From NCBI GenBank assembly GCA_043228905.1, contig JBHGNT010000003.1, positions 24,738,001 through 24,802,000 on the forward strand: a stretch of 64,000 nucleotides of DNA, in the 5' to 3' direction. The notes beneath the pieces were generated by a model. The model did no database searches. It saw only the letters and a program-made list of their open reading frames with translations, and had not been told where the DNA came from. Position 1 is the stretch's first letter. Each line of letters opens with the position of its first letter. The stretch comes from Azolla caroliniana. Lineage: Eukaryota; Plantae; Polypodiophyta. The position numbers were made by a program, and so were the translations under genes. Below, in pieces: positions 63,790-64,000 of this stretch.

Positions 63790-64000
63790 CAACAAACCAA
63801 CATGCCAATTCAGAAAACCCTTGTCCTCCCAACTGCTTAAGTAAAACACTCTAAGGCAATGTTACGACTTACTATAACCACAAAGGCATGCCTCGCAAAG
63901 ATAAGGCACTCGCAAATCTGAATGACAGAAACTACCCAATCAGTCCTCGTTTTTTAGGCGTCCATCACTAATTTTTGCACTCCCTTGAGACCACCAAACA

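Overview
AT-rich, microsatellite-rich nuclear DNA from a land plant. A fern is the likeliest source, inferred from the PLS-class PPR motifs and repeat types; this is not proven. Six intact protein-coding genes were reconstructed by hand from GT-AG exon chains that keep the reading frame: (1) armadillo-repeat kinesin ARK (+, 19 exons, ~921 aa); (2) UDP-rhamnose/UDP-galactose transporter URGT (+, 5 exons, 350 aa); (3) a small mitoribosomal mL59-like gene (+, 4 exons, 112 aa) that the ORF track misses; (4) an intronless DUF3511 gene (+); (5) an intronless organelle-targeted HemW/HemN-like radical-SAM gene (+, 588 aa); (6) a p24-delta (emp24/gp25L) cargo receptor (-, 4 exons, 242 aa). There is also one tRNA-Gly(TCC), a frameshifted PPR pseudogene and a PPR fragment. 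Decayed transposons (Copia, Gypsy, L1-like and RTE-like LINEs, possible Harbinger and hAT pieces) and many tandem or inverted repeats fill the rest. No CRISPR array or prokaryotic system is present, and I cannot demonstrate a new biological system from sequence alone. The most unusual unexplained structures are a cryptic ~14-unit bipartite motif array behind the DUF3511 gene (50.4-51.0 kb) and a multi-hairpin locus at 18.9-19.5 kb.
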